A stretch of DNA of 63,838 bases, filler included, from Collodictyon triciliatum (Eukaryota), in the NCBI GenBank assembly GCA_043381765.1. It is 5 parts of 5 records of this genome, joined end to end, with 100 filler letters (N's around TTAATTAATTAA, not from the genome) between each part and the next. Parts side by side here need not be neighbours in the genome. Positions count along the whole stretch, not along the records: positions 1 to 26,773 come from JBHJMP010000412.1; 4 more parts are not named here. One strand, given 5' to 3'. The translations under genes were made by a program, and so were the position numbers. The notes below the pieces were generated by a model. That model was not told the origin of the DNA, did not search any database, and worked only from the letters and a program-made list of their open reading frames with translations. Shown piece after piece: positions 11,303 to 24,996 of the stretch; the first letter of the stretch is position 1; every line of letters begins with the position of its first letter.

Positions 11303-13326
11303 CTAGCACTGGAAATAAAGCAGTGATAACGAGTTGGTCAGGGTGGCGTAACTAGCTGGTTGGCTGTGTGGGCAGCTTGATTTTTGGATAAGAAGAATAG
11401 AGAGCTGCTTTATGAGTACAGGCCATTCCGCCTCGATGGGCGCATCACCCGGGGTGTTGAAGTAAGCCCTGAGCTTGTTTTGTATATCTTTTATCGACTT
11501 GGAGTTATTGTATGCCCTCCAGTCTATGTGCCTCGCCTGCCATTCACAGCCACCGGCTGAATCGATGCTAGCCAGGATAGCACTGTGGTCGGACAGCGCA
11601 GAATAGACTGTTTTAAGTTTCTTGAACCACGCATGCAAGTCCCTTGAGCAGAGGAGGCGGTCGATTCTGCTCCACGTGAAGCCGCTTTTTGTATGTCTTA
11701 ACACGTTGCTCCTAGAGAGTGAGGATTGAGCGTCTTCCAAGGGTCTTGCAGCTTGTGCTTCATTGTCCAGTCGACGAAAGGTTTGTCACTGTGTGTCGAA
11801 GACCCAGACCATTCGGTGCTGGCATCCATAAGAGCGTTGAAGTCTCCACAGATGATGATACGTTTCGCAGACTCCATCTCCTTAGAGATAAGCTCATACT
11901 CGTGTATTCTAGTATTTGAACCTGCTGTTTGGGGCGACATGTATGTTGTCATTTTACGAGTGTCAGCTCCATCTATTTGGATATCGAGACTTATGCAGCG
12001 GCCAGGAATAATCTCTCTGAAGCGAGGATTGAGTTTGGCTATCCATTTCTTGCATAGAAACGCTACACCTGCGTGTCTCTGTTGATTATCGTCACAGGAC
12101 TACATTTGTGGACCTTTCCAAAGTTCATTGTTGGTTAGATTATCAGGGCTGAGCCATGTTTCTTAGAGATAGACGATGTCTGCATGAGAGAAAAGAGCAG
12201 TGTTTAGGGCCTCTTTTCTTTTATGGGGGTCTTTAATCCCCCTAACGCTCCACGACAGAACGTTAAAACGCATGAATAATCTACTGGTTTTTGGAGGCCG
12301 TAGCCCTCGGTGATTGGCCCTCTCCGCTGGAGCTGGGTTGCTCAGGGTGGGATGGTATACTCGAGTTATCCTTCATTTGGCCGGTGTTATAATTGCTCGC
12401 GGTTCGGCCAGAATTTGTCGGATGGTCTTGGACTTTGGGCTGCAACCCCTTTGTAGCTGGTGTGTTGGGAGATGCACTCTGTCGGTCACTAGCAACCCTC
12501 GGTTCCAATTTTTCCCCCTTATTCACGCGGTAGGCAGGGTCATCCATGTTTCCACTCTCATTATGATTTGCTTTCTGACTCTCTATATTAGGTGGTGTAC
12601 TTGATTGATTCATTCTCTTTTCCTCGGGCGAGGCTTTATCTTCGACGGTTTCGGTCTTTTTTTCGTGCGCCAGTGATTGCAGGATATGTAACCGGTGTTT
12701 TATATTCGCCTATCTTTCTTTTTCTTTTATTGGAAGGTGTTTCCCGCTGAGGAGTCGCAAGAGTTTCGACAGCAGGTCTGCTCCCATAAACAGTACTTGA
12801 GGAGTAATTTGTCCTTCCCAAACCTTCAATGTGCTCTCTTTCTTTGATTAGCGAGCTTGAAGCAGCATGTCCAGACAAATCGACCAGTAATTCGTCTGTA
12901 TTTTCTATATCCAAATCTTGACTTTGGGTCGCTTCATTATTAACCGCCTTGATTGTATTGAGCACTATGTCCGTGGGCTTCATGTCACGATTTCCCCCTC
13001 TTGTGGGGTTGCGATGTGTATCTCCCCACCTTTGGTCTTGTTGTTTGGTTCAAGACTGGTTTCGCGCTCGCGATTCATGAATGCTCGGCCTTGCTTCCAC
13101 ACTTTGATGGAATCCTGTTGCCGTGTAGCCCAAAGTGCGCGTGGTAGCTTTTCGTATGATGGTGGTTGGTTGGTTGGTTGGTAGTGGTCGGCTTGGTGGC
13201 AATTGTTTGATATAAGGGTCGTTTGCCCTTGTCTGTCGTTTCCTCCTTTCTTGGGGAGAGTCTACGGGATGTCGGTCTCTTTGAGGGCGCGAATCTCCAC
13301 AGGGTTGTGTACTTCTTGGATGGCAA
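11303..13326 (-). mobile_element. Degenerate L1/Tx1-like LINE fragment: ORF1 C-terminal part plus APE endonuclease of ORF2, no RT
   Basis: ORF1 ends with TAG at 12281; after a 7-nt spacer ORF2 starts with ATG at 12273: MRFNVLSWSVRGI..ADIVYL*ETW..HAGVAFL..PGRCI..IICGDFNA..LQDPWK..FTWSRIDRLL..SDHSAIL. These are APE endonuclease motifs, with two in-frame stops and a frameshift near 11700. Confidence 0.88.
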
Positions 13327-13682
13327 AAAGGGTGAATGTCTTTCTCGTTTTTTATTATTATTTACTTTTCTTTGTCAAAGGTCACGAGTGCACCGTTCTT
13401 GCCTATCGCTCCATACATGTATGTTTTGCCCAGAGTACGCAGAAGAACCGTTTTCGAATTATGGCAATATTCACTAGTACTGCTGATGAAAAAGGACCAA
13501 GTAGGCAGCGCATCTTATCGCCACATGCTTTATGTGCTGCATTTGCAATTCTTTGCTGGTCATAGAAACGAAATACATCGAAGGATAAGGAAGGAGAAAT
13601 AAAATCGAAAGAGTTCAAATGACATAACACGAAGGCTGAGAGCCACAGACACAGACACTGGCTGGGAAGGCAGGCAAAAGCC

Positions 13683-16600
13683 TCACGACTGCGTCTCTGT
13701 CATCTCCTGTTGACTTGCTGGCTGCTCCTGTTTGTGCTCACGCGACTCAACGAGCGTGTGGTTTTGAGCCTTGAGGGCTGCAAATAGGGAAGCTGAGAAC
13801 GAGGCAAGAGACGACGGAGTGCGTGGGTGAGTCTGTGCATCTACTCTGCCCTGGTCGTGGATGGTGACGGCCACGGAGCGGCTTTCTTCCTGTGTAGATG
13901 CGGGCTTTGGGGTTGGCGGGGGAGCATCGTTGCCTTGCGGATGAACTTGATTGCGGCCAACGGGCGGGCCTCCCGTGGCGGAAAATAAGGCCTGCAGGAT
14001 TTGAGATGATGTTCGGGGCCGCGAGACCGATTGTGAGCGCGGCTTTGTGCTGGAATCCTCTGCTGGGTTCAACAGGCCCTTTTCCATCATCTCCTGTCGC
14101 TGAAGCTCTTCTAGTCTTCTTTTCTTCCGGCGACGGAATGCGCGTTGGATAGCCAGTGCTGCATGTGAATGGGCAACCTTGTTTGGGGACAAAAAAAAAA
14201 GCTAGCTAAGTCTCAACTTATGTATGGAATACTTTTTCCTCTTTTTTTTTTTTTTGCATAGAAAATACTTCATACCATTACATAGTTATCAAATGTATGT
14301 CTTGTATATTATACCAATCCTTTCGAAGGCTTCAGCTTGGCGAGGTCTGGGAATGCTCGTCGATGCAGGTCTTCCATTTCGTCTCGTATTCTGGACTCAG
14401 GCAGTCTGGGTTATGGGAGTAGGATTTTCTGTGAATATACTATGAAAATAAGCAAAATGTGTGAACCGAGAATTGATTACTCGACTGAACCCAACACCCT
14501 TCGCGACAAGACCGAAATGACCTCGAAATAGTGTATCATCCCCTAATTGTGAATGCAGATAGTTCGATGTCATAACCACATATCAGTGATTTGAGAATTT
14601 AGCCATTATTCAGATGACAAAGATGAAGGCAGAAAGGAAAACGAATGCGTGTAATAGAAAACAATTATATATAAAGGAAAAATATAATAATTAAGAAGCA
14701 GTTTCTACCTGGTGCTCCGGTATATCAAGAGATGATATGAACTTCATCATGTCGATGCTATTCAAATCTGATATACGACGAAAATTAAAAGATACATATA
14801 ATTACATGGATGATGAAAGGACAAGCTACCTGCACCAAGTGGAGGTCCAATCATCCTCAAGAATTGTGATAACCTTTGCTAATATCAATAAGAGGATGGA
14901 AAATCACATAAGTCGGGATGCAAATGCAATTACACTGTCAAGCTATGTGATTGTGCATGTTGTGAATCTAGGATAGAATTACGTATTTCATGAGGTTCAC
15001 GTTCCCAGGGGCGGATAAGTAGGACCATATGATCACCACGCTTTATGTTGTATATAGTAATTTAGCATAGCTGGGCTTGATATCGCATAATAAATTTCTT
15101 TGGAAAAACTAATCGTATATGAAAAAGGAAGTCAGGCAATATCTAGGAATTCACTTCATGTCTGAATTTTACAACTTTCTATTGCACATGAAATTCGTAA
15201 ATTTGGCTCAAAAATCGTATAAAGTTTTACTCTGCGAGATACCCTTCAGGTATAGCTGTGTCCTCTTCATTCTTGGCTATGCTAAAATTCTCTAAAATGA
15301 CCGCTATAATACGATAGTTGTTCTATCAGCCATACTTCCATATGTAAAACGAATCATTTGATTTTCTAATTTATCCAGTTCAGTTTTTTTCTTTTTGTTT
15401 TTTGAGATTTTGGGCTATTGAGTTGTTCATGTATTGATGGCTCACCAGTGTAAATATTCAACATAATGAAGGATACGATGAACAAATAAAAGAAAAAGAA
15501 TGCATTTGCTGTTGCAGGTGAGCCACAATCATTTGCTGACCAGTCACAATCTGGAGGCCTTATCGAGCATCCCGCTTTTACGTTCGGCCAATCGTCAAAT
15601 GTCATGACCCTACAAGGCGATATAAAATTTAAACATGTTTTCATTGACATAATCTAAAAATCTAAATATGTAAGCTTATAGTTTGAAGAACGAGTCAAAA
15701 TATAGATAGGTAACTTTGACGTAGAGATGAAAGAAAAAGCTGAGTACCTGAAAAGAGTTAGAAAGGAAAGTGGAAATGTCGAAAAGTTTGAATGTTCATT
15801 CAAGCCATCCTCGGTCCAACGAATGTTCCCAAATAACGATGTGGCGAGACCAGCAAAGATAAATATTATGAGAAACAACACGGACGCGATTCGATACATG
15901 GAAGGGAGAGAATATCTAAACGGGTTTGAGCACTTTGTTAGAAAAAAGTATTAAACCAATTGTAAATAACTATACTTGTGATTATCTTCCATCTAGTTCG
16001 CATCGAACAACTCGGTTGTGCAGAAAAATTTTTTGCTCAATTTCAAAAAAAAAATACTTTATGGTCAAGAATATCTTCCGGATACTTTTCGACTCTCGCA
16101 TGATTCTCAAAACATTAATGAGTCTGAAGATTCTTATAATCCTAAAAATCGAAGTGTTCACTGCCAGACTTTTCCCAGTGATTGAAAGAGACGTGTCTAG
16201 GTTTTTCAGCAAGTATCGGGTAAGAAAAGTTGGCTGACGAATATATCAGGTTGGTTCGTGTAATGAAATTATTTGTGGAAATTTTAGGACATTTATGAAA
16301 GATTCATTTTTCATCAAGCTTACTGATAACTGATATAATCACAAGTGTAAAGTCTAGGCAATTCCATTTGCTCTTAAAATATTGTCTCTCGAGTGCAGTA
16401 AGTTTGATAATTGCTTCGGTGATGTATATGACAGTAAAACAAATGTCACTGGCAACTAAATAAATATTCATGTAAATTAAGGGGAAAGGACTCCTTTTTT
16501 TATTTCACTCAATAAAAGGCTGTTCGGTACCATTTAATTCATTTAAAATCTTCATCAGAAAAAAAACTTACAGAATGCCATAGTCCATGTGGGGTCGGGA

Positions 16601-19600
16601 TTACGGTGTTGACAGGCCATGATGATAATATTGGCGAAGATTGTGGCCGTTATACCATCTCGAAACCATCTCCGCCTTTCATAGATGATAACATTATTGA
16701 GATAAAGTTCAATTATTGAATTATTGAATAAAATCAACAGGAATTTGATTTGCGTTAGCTTGTTATTAACAAATGAACGTATTACATCGATATCTCAAAC
16801 ATAAATTTGCTCAAAGGCTTTGAAGGAGGTGCATATATCTCTTCAGGTTTTACTTTCGCGATTACTTTCTGCAAGTCATATTCAATTAAAGAAGGTATAT
16901 TCGATTTTATCTATTTATAAAAAAGCATAGAACGCAACAATAAGTCGAGAGTTACCTGAAATCTAAGCCATATTTTTTGCTTATGGTCTAACAAATCATG
17001 TCCATCGTATTTCTTGTGTAACTGCATGCATCAATTATGTATATTATATTACAAAATAAAATTACAAGAGCATACACAACCGGCAGTTTAAGTAGACTCT
17101 AGCAATCTAATTACCTCATGAAACTGGTTGACGACTACTGAGACAAACAAGTTCATTATAAAGAATCCCACGACGAATACGAATGCAACAAAAAATAGAG
17201 CGTATGACAAACGATTGTTTCGGATCGGTTGTTTGTCAAGCTAAGTTTAAAAGAAATAGAATGTTGTGTTCATGAATTTTGCAAAATAAAACAAACAGAT
17301 AGAGGTGAAGATAGCACTTGAGTATTAAAAAGTTCGAAAAACATACGCCCGCAGAATCCACCCCATTATACATGATGTCAACCCAACCTTCAAGGGTGGC
17401 AACTTGAAATAAAGCTCCCATTCCTGATAAAACATCGTCAAAGTTTGGGCTTTGGTTCAACCATTCCCTTAATCTCACCTTTATTTTTATTGAAAAATTA
17501 GTTATTTTTAAGATTGACTGTTTCGGAGCAATACAAAATCCTTTTGCTTAAAAATAAAAGAAATATTAATAGATGCCTCTCCATCTACGATAAAGACTCC
17601 AACACACTGCTCCATGGTCTCCACATCTTCGACAGGGAATAAATGGAAGGATTATAAAGTAAAATGCATACTGCATAATATTTTTGAGAATTTGCATTTC
17701 AAAGAATAACCCGAACTTCCTTTAATTATATAGTAAACATGCATACTCGAGTCAGTGCAGTAGTAAAACTGTCCTCCAAATAGTTGTACTCCCACGATTG
17801 CAAAAATAAGCCAAAACAAAAACGAAATGAAGAACACGTTCATGATGGGTGGAATTGATAGTATCATGGCATTCACAATAATCTGTATTCCAAGTCCATT
17901 GTTAAAATGAAACCTCATATACACATACATTAATGGCAAAATATAGGAATTTGTAACAATCTATCATATTCTACAGGGGGAAATTCCTACCTTCATTTCT
18001 CCCTGTCTATTAATTAATCGGATGGGCCGAAGAGCCAATAGAGCACGAAGAGCTCGGATTGTTTCAAATCCACTATTTCTTGCCGTGATCGACACAATCG
18101 ATAGCTTTGGAGAAAAAACATCGTCATGCAAGCGTCTACTTATGGTAAAATCAAGTAATTTCTACATACCAGTATTATTATTGCATCAAATTTGTTCCAG
18201 TTATTGCTCAAGTAGGCGTGTTTACCATCGTATAGTCCATGCTAAATTTTTAATGTATTCTTACATATGAGGGAGAATTATGGGTTCACTACAATTGGAT
18301 TATTCTGAGAGAGATGTGCTAATATTGAAAAATGAAGGAATGTTACATATATTTACTTACAGCGATGGATACAAATAAAATTTCTACGATAAAGGCTGAG
18401 ACAAGAATGACATTAAATGTGTAAAGGATACTCTCTTCCAAACCAGTCACATTATTTGACTGGAAAACCAAAATAACACAGCTAGCGATTATGATTCCCA
18501 AAAGTGTATATTCAAAGTATGGATGATGCACCGTGCGATAGCAAATCTGAGATATGCATGTATTTGGAACGGTGAGTCGAACAAAGGTATACCGAATTGT
18601 ATAAGATAGGTTAATGGGAAGGGTTGATTACCTTTCTAATTCTACTTTCAGGAGAAAATAGTCTGTAAGATTTTCCTTCCATGGGCGGAAGGTTTGATGC
18701 CGTCTTCCCTTGTTGTGGAGCAACATTTCCAGATTGTATTTTCTTAAGCTTTTGTTTTAGGACTTCTCTTGCTTTCTTCCCACGATTCGTTTTGAACTGA
18801 CCGGGAGGCTTCGACGATCCCGCTACGTTTTGACTTTCTTGGGTGTTGGACTGTAGACCTTGTCCATTTAGAGGCGGGCTTGCCTGCTGTTGAACAAGTT
18901 GATTATTTCAAATAAAACAGCACAGACATCCCTGTTCTTAAACAACACAAATAAAAAACAATGTCTATCTTGAACGCTCAAAATTCCAATTATGTTAAAA
19001 AAATTACCTTAGCCAAGTTATCTGACGACGCATCATAAATCATACTTGGCTCCTCTTCTATGACATCATGCCGACGTACTTCAGTTTTAATTATTCCTTC
19101 ACCTTGTAATTTAGTCACTGATATTTTCCTTCTCAACTGCTTCAGCTTTATAGCAGCTATCAGGCTAACCTCTCTTGTATTCCTGATTTATTTTATTTTT
19201 ACTTAAAAAAGTTTGCAAATAAATTGAATGTTAGGATTTGATTATCAATAGATAAAACCAATTTAATTGACCTCTGAAATTTTATTAGCTCTTTGTGTTC
19301 ATTTAGCACATCTTTTCTCAATTGAGAGAAAGAATTGATGAGAATAGCCAGGAAAAGGTACAACAAAACATCTAGAGTAATGTGTTTTATTAATTTTAGT
19401 ACCATTGGAATAATACCGGATATATAAGCTACAAATCGACTCACAATTTCCAAACATCACAACAATTACAAAATACGCCGCTGCCATGGGATGTGTATCT
19501 CTCATGGTTTGATACATCAACGTAGTCCAATCAGATGTAGATATGACCTATATTAAAATATCAAGAATATGTGAGTCTTACAAATATTAGAGATAAAAGA

Positions 19601-21470
19601 AGCCATTGACAAATGATGGCATTCGAAATACGACCTGAAATTTGTATAAAAAAAATTACACTAAATTTTTTAAAAAAAAAAACCTGAATTACCGACAGCA
19701 TGGCTCGGGGGAATGTGTCGAAATTATTGCGCGATAAATTATATTCTAACTTACCAGCAAACAGTTGCATTCCAACCAAAGCAAACATGCTCTATGTTAA
19801 GATATACGAGAGTAACTCATATGGTGATTATCAGGTGCTCCCTAATGTAGAGTACAAATTGCCCGTAATATGTAATGAATGTCTCACCAAAAAAATTAAT
19901 AGAACCCATATTAGATTTGCTACTTCGTGTAAACTCCTCACCACGGTAGCGAGCAGTAATCTCAAGGTGTCAAATATGCTAAATTATCGTCGAATGTAGG
20001 TAACCAGTGAGAAAACGTGATGCATTGTTAATGTACTATTGAAATACATTACGAATGGTGGAAGTGCAGCGTAAAAGGTACATTCAAAAAATTACCGAAA
20101 AAGTTTAAGGATCCGAGTTGTTCGAATAAGTCTGAATGTTCGTAGAGTCAAAAGATAACCTCGACCATTCATCGAAATCTCCACAATACTTACAATAGTA
20201 ATAATTGTATCGAAAACGTTGAACTGAGGGGACAATCATTAGTTAAATTGTTCTTTTTTTCAGTTTCTTCTTTCTAAATATAAAAATGTATGTCATCATT
20301 TTTTTCATGATTTGATTTCTTGTACTTCGTCCTGAAAGTACCGCCTCCAACCAAAAGCAATTAACTTCAATACGACTTCACACGCAAATATGATGGTGAA
20401 TATAAGATTGAGCATTTCTGTCGGTAAAAGAGCCTTGTTTTGATCAGTGTATTTTTTGATTTGATATCATCATTGAATAAAAATACCAATATATGTGTTC
20501 ATATCTACCCGTATATACAATATGGAAATGAATTATTTGAGTGAACTAATGCGCGAAATATATGTTTAATATAATGGTTCTTGGAAAATCATCCATACGT
20601 GTTATTATGAACTGCTCGTCAGTAATTTCTGGTTTTGTGAATGCCAATAGGATTGTGTTTGATATAATTGTCATAGTAATAATATTTGTAAACTGCTGAC
20701 TCGTAGCAATCTGAAGTTACGCAGTACCGATTATTAGTAAATAATTCGTTTCGTAAAGATATAGGTAGCGAACACTCCTTTAATAATCTGAATATATGTG
20801 TGCATGTTAAGAGAAAAATGGACTATGAGTAACCTGGAAACACTTCGCAACTATAGTATTCAAGCTTTGAGGTGCAAGATAAAGTGCTTTGTGTCGATTC
20901 CTAATGCAAATATTTAACTTTTATCGTATTCACATGAACATTGAGGCTTTTATTAGTGACAATCGATGCCGTTTTTTTGTATTTCATCACCCAATCTAGC
21001 TTATCGATTCGGATGTGAATATGATTATGATGTATTTGGGGACACATCAAATAAACTCCATGAAAACTTACTCGTTAGACTTTGCATCAGATTTTTTTAC
21101 TATTAGTCGGAACATAAATCAGTATAGGCAAAATTAACCATAAGTGCCCAAACTTGAAGTGCTTAAAATGTTTTTTGAAAAATAAATTACTCACTTCTTT
21201 TTGAAATCTCGCTATAAGATTCAGTGATTGCAGCCAGGGCCAGATTCACGACAAAAAATGTGTTTATCATCACAATCAAACAGAAGAATATGTCTGATGC
21301 CTCATTAGTACCATCAGACACCTTTTCGACATTTGAAACATTTTTAGTGATTGTATGATTACTCGAAGAAAAAAAATTTTCCTTTATTCGATTCAAAGTG
21401 GAGCGAGGTTATGCCATTACTCGAAGAAAAATAAATGGAAAAAAAAAAACATACCAATACCAATTTTTAG

Positions 21471-21546
<76 letters not shown>

Positions 21547-23874
21547 CTGGAACAGAAACATTTACATAGGTTAATTGATATTGGTAGGTTAAGTTATTTT
21601 TTTCACAGAATGAATGTATGTTATAACCTGATACATGAGCTTTCCCCAATTATCGAGCGTCACGGTTCTGAATATGGCCAGGAATGCACCGCCGATGTCG
21701 TCAAAATTTGTGTATCCAAAATCTGGATTCGATTTAGTGTCTTTGCAAACATATCCTATTATTCAAGAAGAAGCATTTGCGTGGTTACTAAACCTACGCG
21801 AAAAACTATACTTTTATTTCCGCAAATTGAAGATGAATGGATAGGGCAGTATTTTGATATAGTAGATGCTTTTCTTTTATTTAAGAAAACATATAAAGTT
21901 CACGGGCAGCAACGAAAAACATTTTTATAGCATATATTTGAGCTACCTTTAGGACAATGGCGGGAAAGTGGGTGTGTCCCACATAGAAATCCGCTGACTT
22001 CAAACTCACCTAGGCAATTATTTTACATGCTCCAATCATATTATTTTGCGTGGAAAACTTCATAATTTTATAAATGGACGGATATGTGTTTGTTTGCAAG
22101 AAATACCCGTCTCTATATGAACGCAGCGATGCACCAAATTACCAGAAAAGAACTCGATACTGATAATGGAGAAAACAAGAAACATCATTATGCAAAGGAA
22201 TAATATGCTCAAAAGGTCGGGAATGGAGCGGATGATTGAATCCACGACAACACGCATTCCCTAGTGGTTTTAATAGCGAGTTTGTATTAATATATGCTTG
22301 AGAATTGAAGTGAGATTTGTGAAGCAGACCTGAAATCTTGAGAGAGCACGCAAAGGTCTTAGCACACGAATCACCCTTATGGCTGAAAAATTCCCAACCT
22401 CGGGGAAATAGCTTAAATTTCTGTATGGATACGATTTAATTTGCATTTATCTAAGCAAACTCAGATTATTCCACAAAAAAAATCGATTGATTAAATGATA
22501 TTCGTCTTTCTTCAATTATTTATAAGAGTTTTTCTATTTTTAAATTTTTTTCTCAAAAACAAACCCGACGATGACTACAAAGAAGTCAATCCAATTCCAG
22601 TAGTCATATAAATACGTATGCTTCCCGCGCACAAATCCGAGAGCAATTACTTTAAGTATCATCTCCATCGTAAAAATTACCAAAAAAAGGATTTCCGTCT
22701 ATTTGTAATGAAACAAAACAAAAATCAACAACAATTGCCATCGCGTTGTACCAATTTAGTAAGTTTATGTCAGCCTGGTTATCTATGAATATTGCTTCAA
22801 GTATAAATTATGTATTTTTTTTAATATGTTCATTACGTTGTTTAGGATGACGTTTCCAAAATATGTATCTGGCTCTGTGGGTGCTGACAGTCCCAGCACA
22901 ATACAATTTAGCACAATGCTCATTATCATCGATTTTTCGAACCATCTGCGATTGTTTTATGATCAATTTTCAAAAAGAAAAGTAGAACAAGTTGGCTTTA
23001 GTACACAAATGAGGACTACGTAAAAAAATAAAGAGTCAAAAATATGTGGTGAAATAAATCTCTTTTCTTTTTTAGTTTAGCAACGTTCGTTGCTGATTAT
23101 ATGGCCTAGAATAATAGGTACATACTCGTTTGAGATGGTTTGAAAACAAAACTTTCGAAATCCATTGTCTGTCGAAAAGAGACGAAGAGACATTCCCTCC
23201 ATCTATTGTAATGTAAGGATAATTTAATATACAAAGGTAGGCACGTCAGAGTGTAAGTTACCCAAAAAGTTACTTACTGTATGTTTTCCTCCGCTATATG
23301 AATCTGCCTTTATTACTTGACCCTCTGCTTCGTCTCCTGATGCAGGTGGGCTAATAGTGTTTATGTCCGATTCACAATTTTCTTTTATCTGACAGTTGTC
23401 TACCTGATAATTCAAGTCACCAACCCTACTCCCATCCCACGAGCGAGCATCATCTCTGTGATTCGGTGGGGTAACATGTCCACCGACACCAGCACCAACT
23501 TGGTCATCTGTGTCCAATAATGAGCCAGCTTTAGCGATTAAATAAGCTGGGGCATCAGTGGTGCTGTGAACAGGGTTTTGCTTGGCAGACTGTATATTTT
23601 CTGAGTCACCAATTCGATCAACAGGCTGGTCCGCTCGCGAATGCATAGCCAAAAGAGATTTTGAAGGTTTTGGAAGGTGGGAGTGATCCTGAGAAGTTGC
23701 ATGCAAATGTAGTCTTGGAGATCTCTGCAATGAATAAGATAATATCCCAGGTTGTATGTGCGATGATTGGTTATGTGTCTCAGCCATTTCTTTGATTAAT
23801 GGATGTATGGAGTGAGGTAATTGTTCGGTGTTTGCATTAGTTGGCTGCAGGTTCATCTCCTGGTTCGACTCCAT
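13683..23874 (-). CDS. Four-domain (4x6TM) voltage-gated cation channel alpha subunit, Nav/Cav/NALCN superfamily, many exons
   Basis: Four S4 helices (AIRVIRVLRPLRALSR; LRTFRLIRTTRILK; IRALRALLALRPIR; FRIIRIFRLINVLR). Four pore loops (FRTVTLDNW, IQVISTSDW, FQVATLEGW, FRVMTFDDW). C-terminal IHYFEVISVLSRRVLG and IQ motif AALAIQRAFRRRKK in the last exon (14177-13683). ATG at 23874. Confidence 0.95.
21472..21543 (+). repeat. (AC)n microsatellite inside a channel intron
   Basis: Perfect dinucleotide tandem. Confidence 0.95.
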
Positions 23875-24996
23875 TGTTGTTAAATCTATCAAAATGTGAA
23901 GACAGGAACTAAAATTAGACTAATAAGTTTTGTAGGATATTCTTGAACTGCGCAACCAAAGCCGCAAACTAGTTTCCCTTCAATCAGAATTATCTAGACT
24001 ACGGCGCTGAGGCGTAAACATTCAAGCCCTGTCAACCAGCAACATCACGAAATAGCTATGACAGTCATGAAAAAGCAAAAGTCGAAGCAGAAATGAGGAT
24101 ATAAATGCGCGAAGGACAAGAAATCGAATCAAAACACGAGCTGGAAACGATTCCACAAAGTCTGCCTCGCCATGAGTTCTGACTGCCATCTACTGATTCG
24201 CAAGGGCAGTTGATTCCCAAATGATCCAAAGATCAAGCAAACGATTGAGGTTAGTCAGCAGAAAATGCGGCTCTTTTTGCGTCCAAGCCATTCCATAGAT
24301 TTGCTCCCTTTTCATGCGCCCCAGGCAAAAAAAAAAAAAAATGGATGAATAGATAGCGCAAATAGTTGGCTGCTGGTTTGGAAGCAAGTCTTTGGTCTCC
24401 GACTTGAACCCACAAATGAGACCGAAAATAGTAATAGAATGGATAATATGCAACTAACATCCAAATTCAGGTTCTCTGACTAATAAATTCGTTCGTGGTA
24501 ATTTGCCGTTATTCTATAAGTGGAATATAATTTTATCTCATAAAATATAATCTAAAACTGGATGGGGTGCATTACTATTTCTATTTATACTAGAAATTAT
24601 AATTTTGACTGTGAGTTTGTGTGTTTATCAGGTACGCAAATGTTTTTTTTCACTTTTTTCACTTTTTTCACTTATTTATCTTTTTTCTCTTTTCTTTTCT
24701 TCATTTTTTTCTTTTTCTTTTCTTCATCTTTTTCCTTTTTCTTTTTTCTTTCTTCTTTTTTCTTTTTCTTTTTTCTTTTTCTTTTTCTTTTTTCTTTTTT
24801 CTTTTTCATTCTTCACTTTTACTGTTCATTCTTTTTTTTCTTTTTTCTTTTTTTCTTTTTTTCTTTTTTTTCTTTTTTTTCTTTTTTTTCTTTTTTTTCT
24901 TTCGAACATTACACTACGTCCTGCATATTATGGGGGCTATTGAAGCACGGGACATGTCGGACATACCCTTCGTAAACTGTTTGCTCCGTAGGATAT

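Noticed and set aside
12100-12170. In-frame TAA at a conserved Gln (LQET), suggesting a TAA/TAG=Gln genetic code
   Set aside because: Host genes read through in the standard code (1476-codon UBR4 ORF) and end in TAA/TAG; the LINE also has a frameshift, so this is decay.
13683-14192. The 169-aa ORF as the start of LINE ORF1
   Set aside because: It has an AG acceptor at 14178, splices in frame with upstream channel exons and carries the IQ motif, so it is the channel's last exon.
23862-23872. GGTTCGACTCC tRNA T-loop/B-box-like motif
   Set aside because: No cloverleaf around it; it is the antisense of the channel's first codons.
13683-23874. U12-type (AT-AC) introns, as found in animal Nav/Cav genes
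   Set aside because: The junctions I resolved were GT-AG without the RTATCCTT donor; not every intron was checked.
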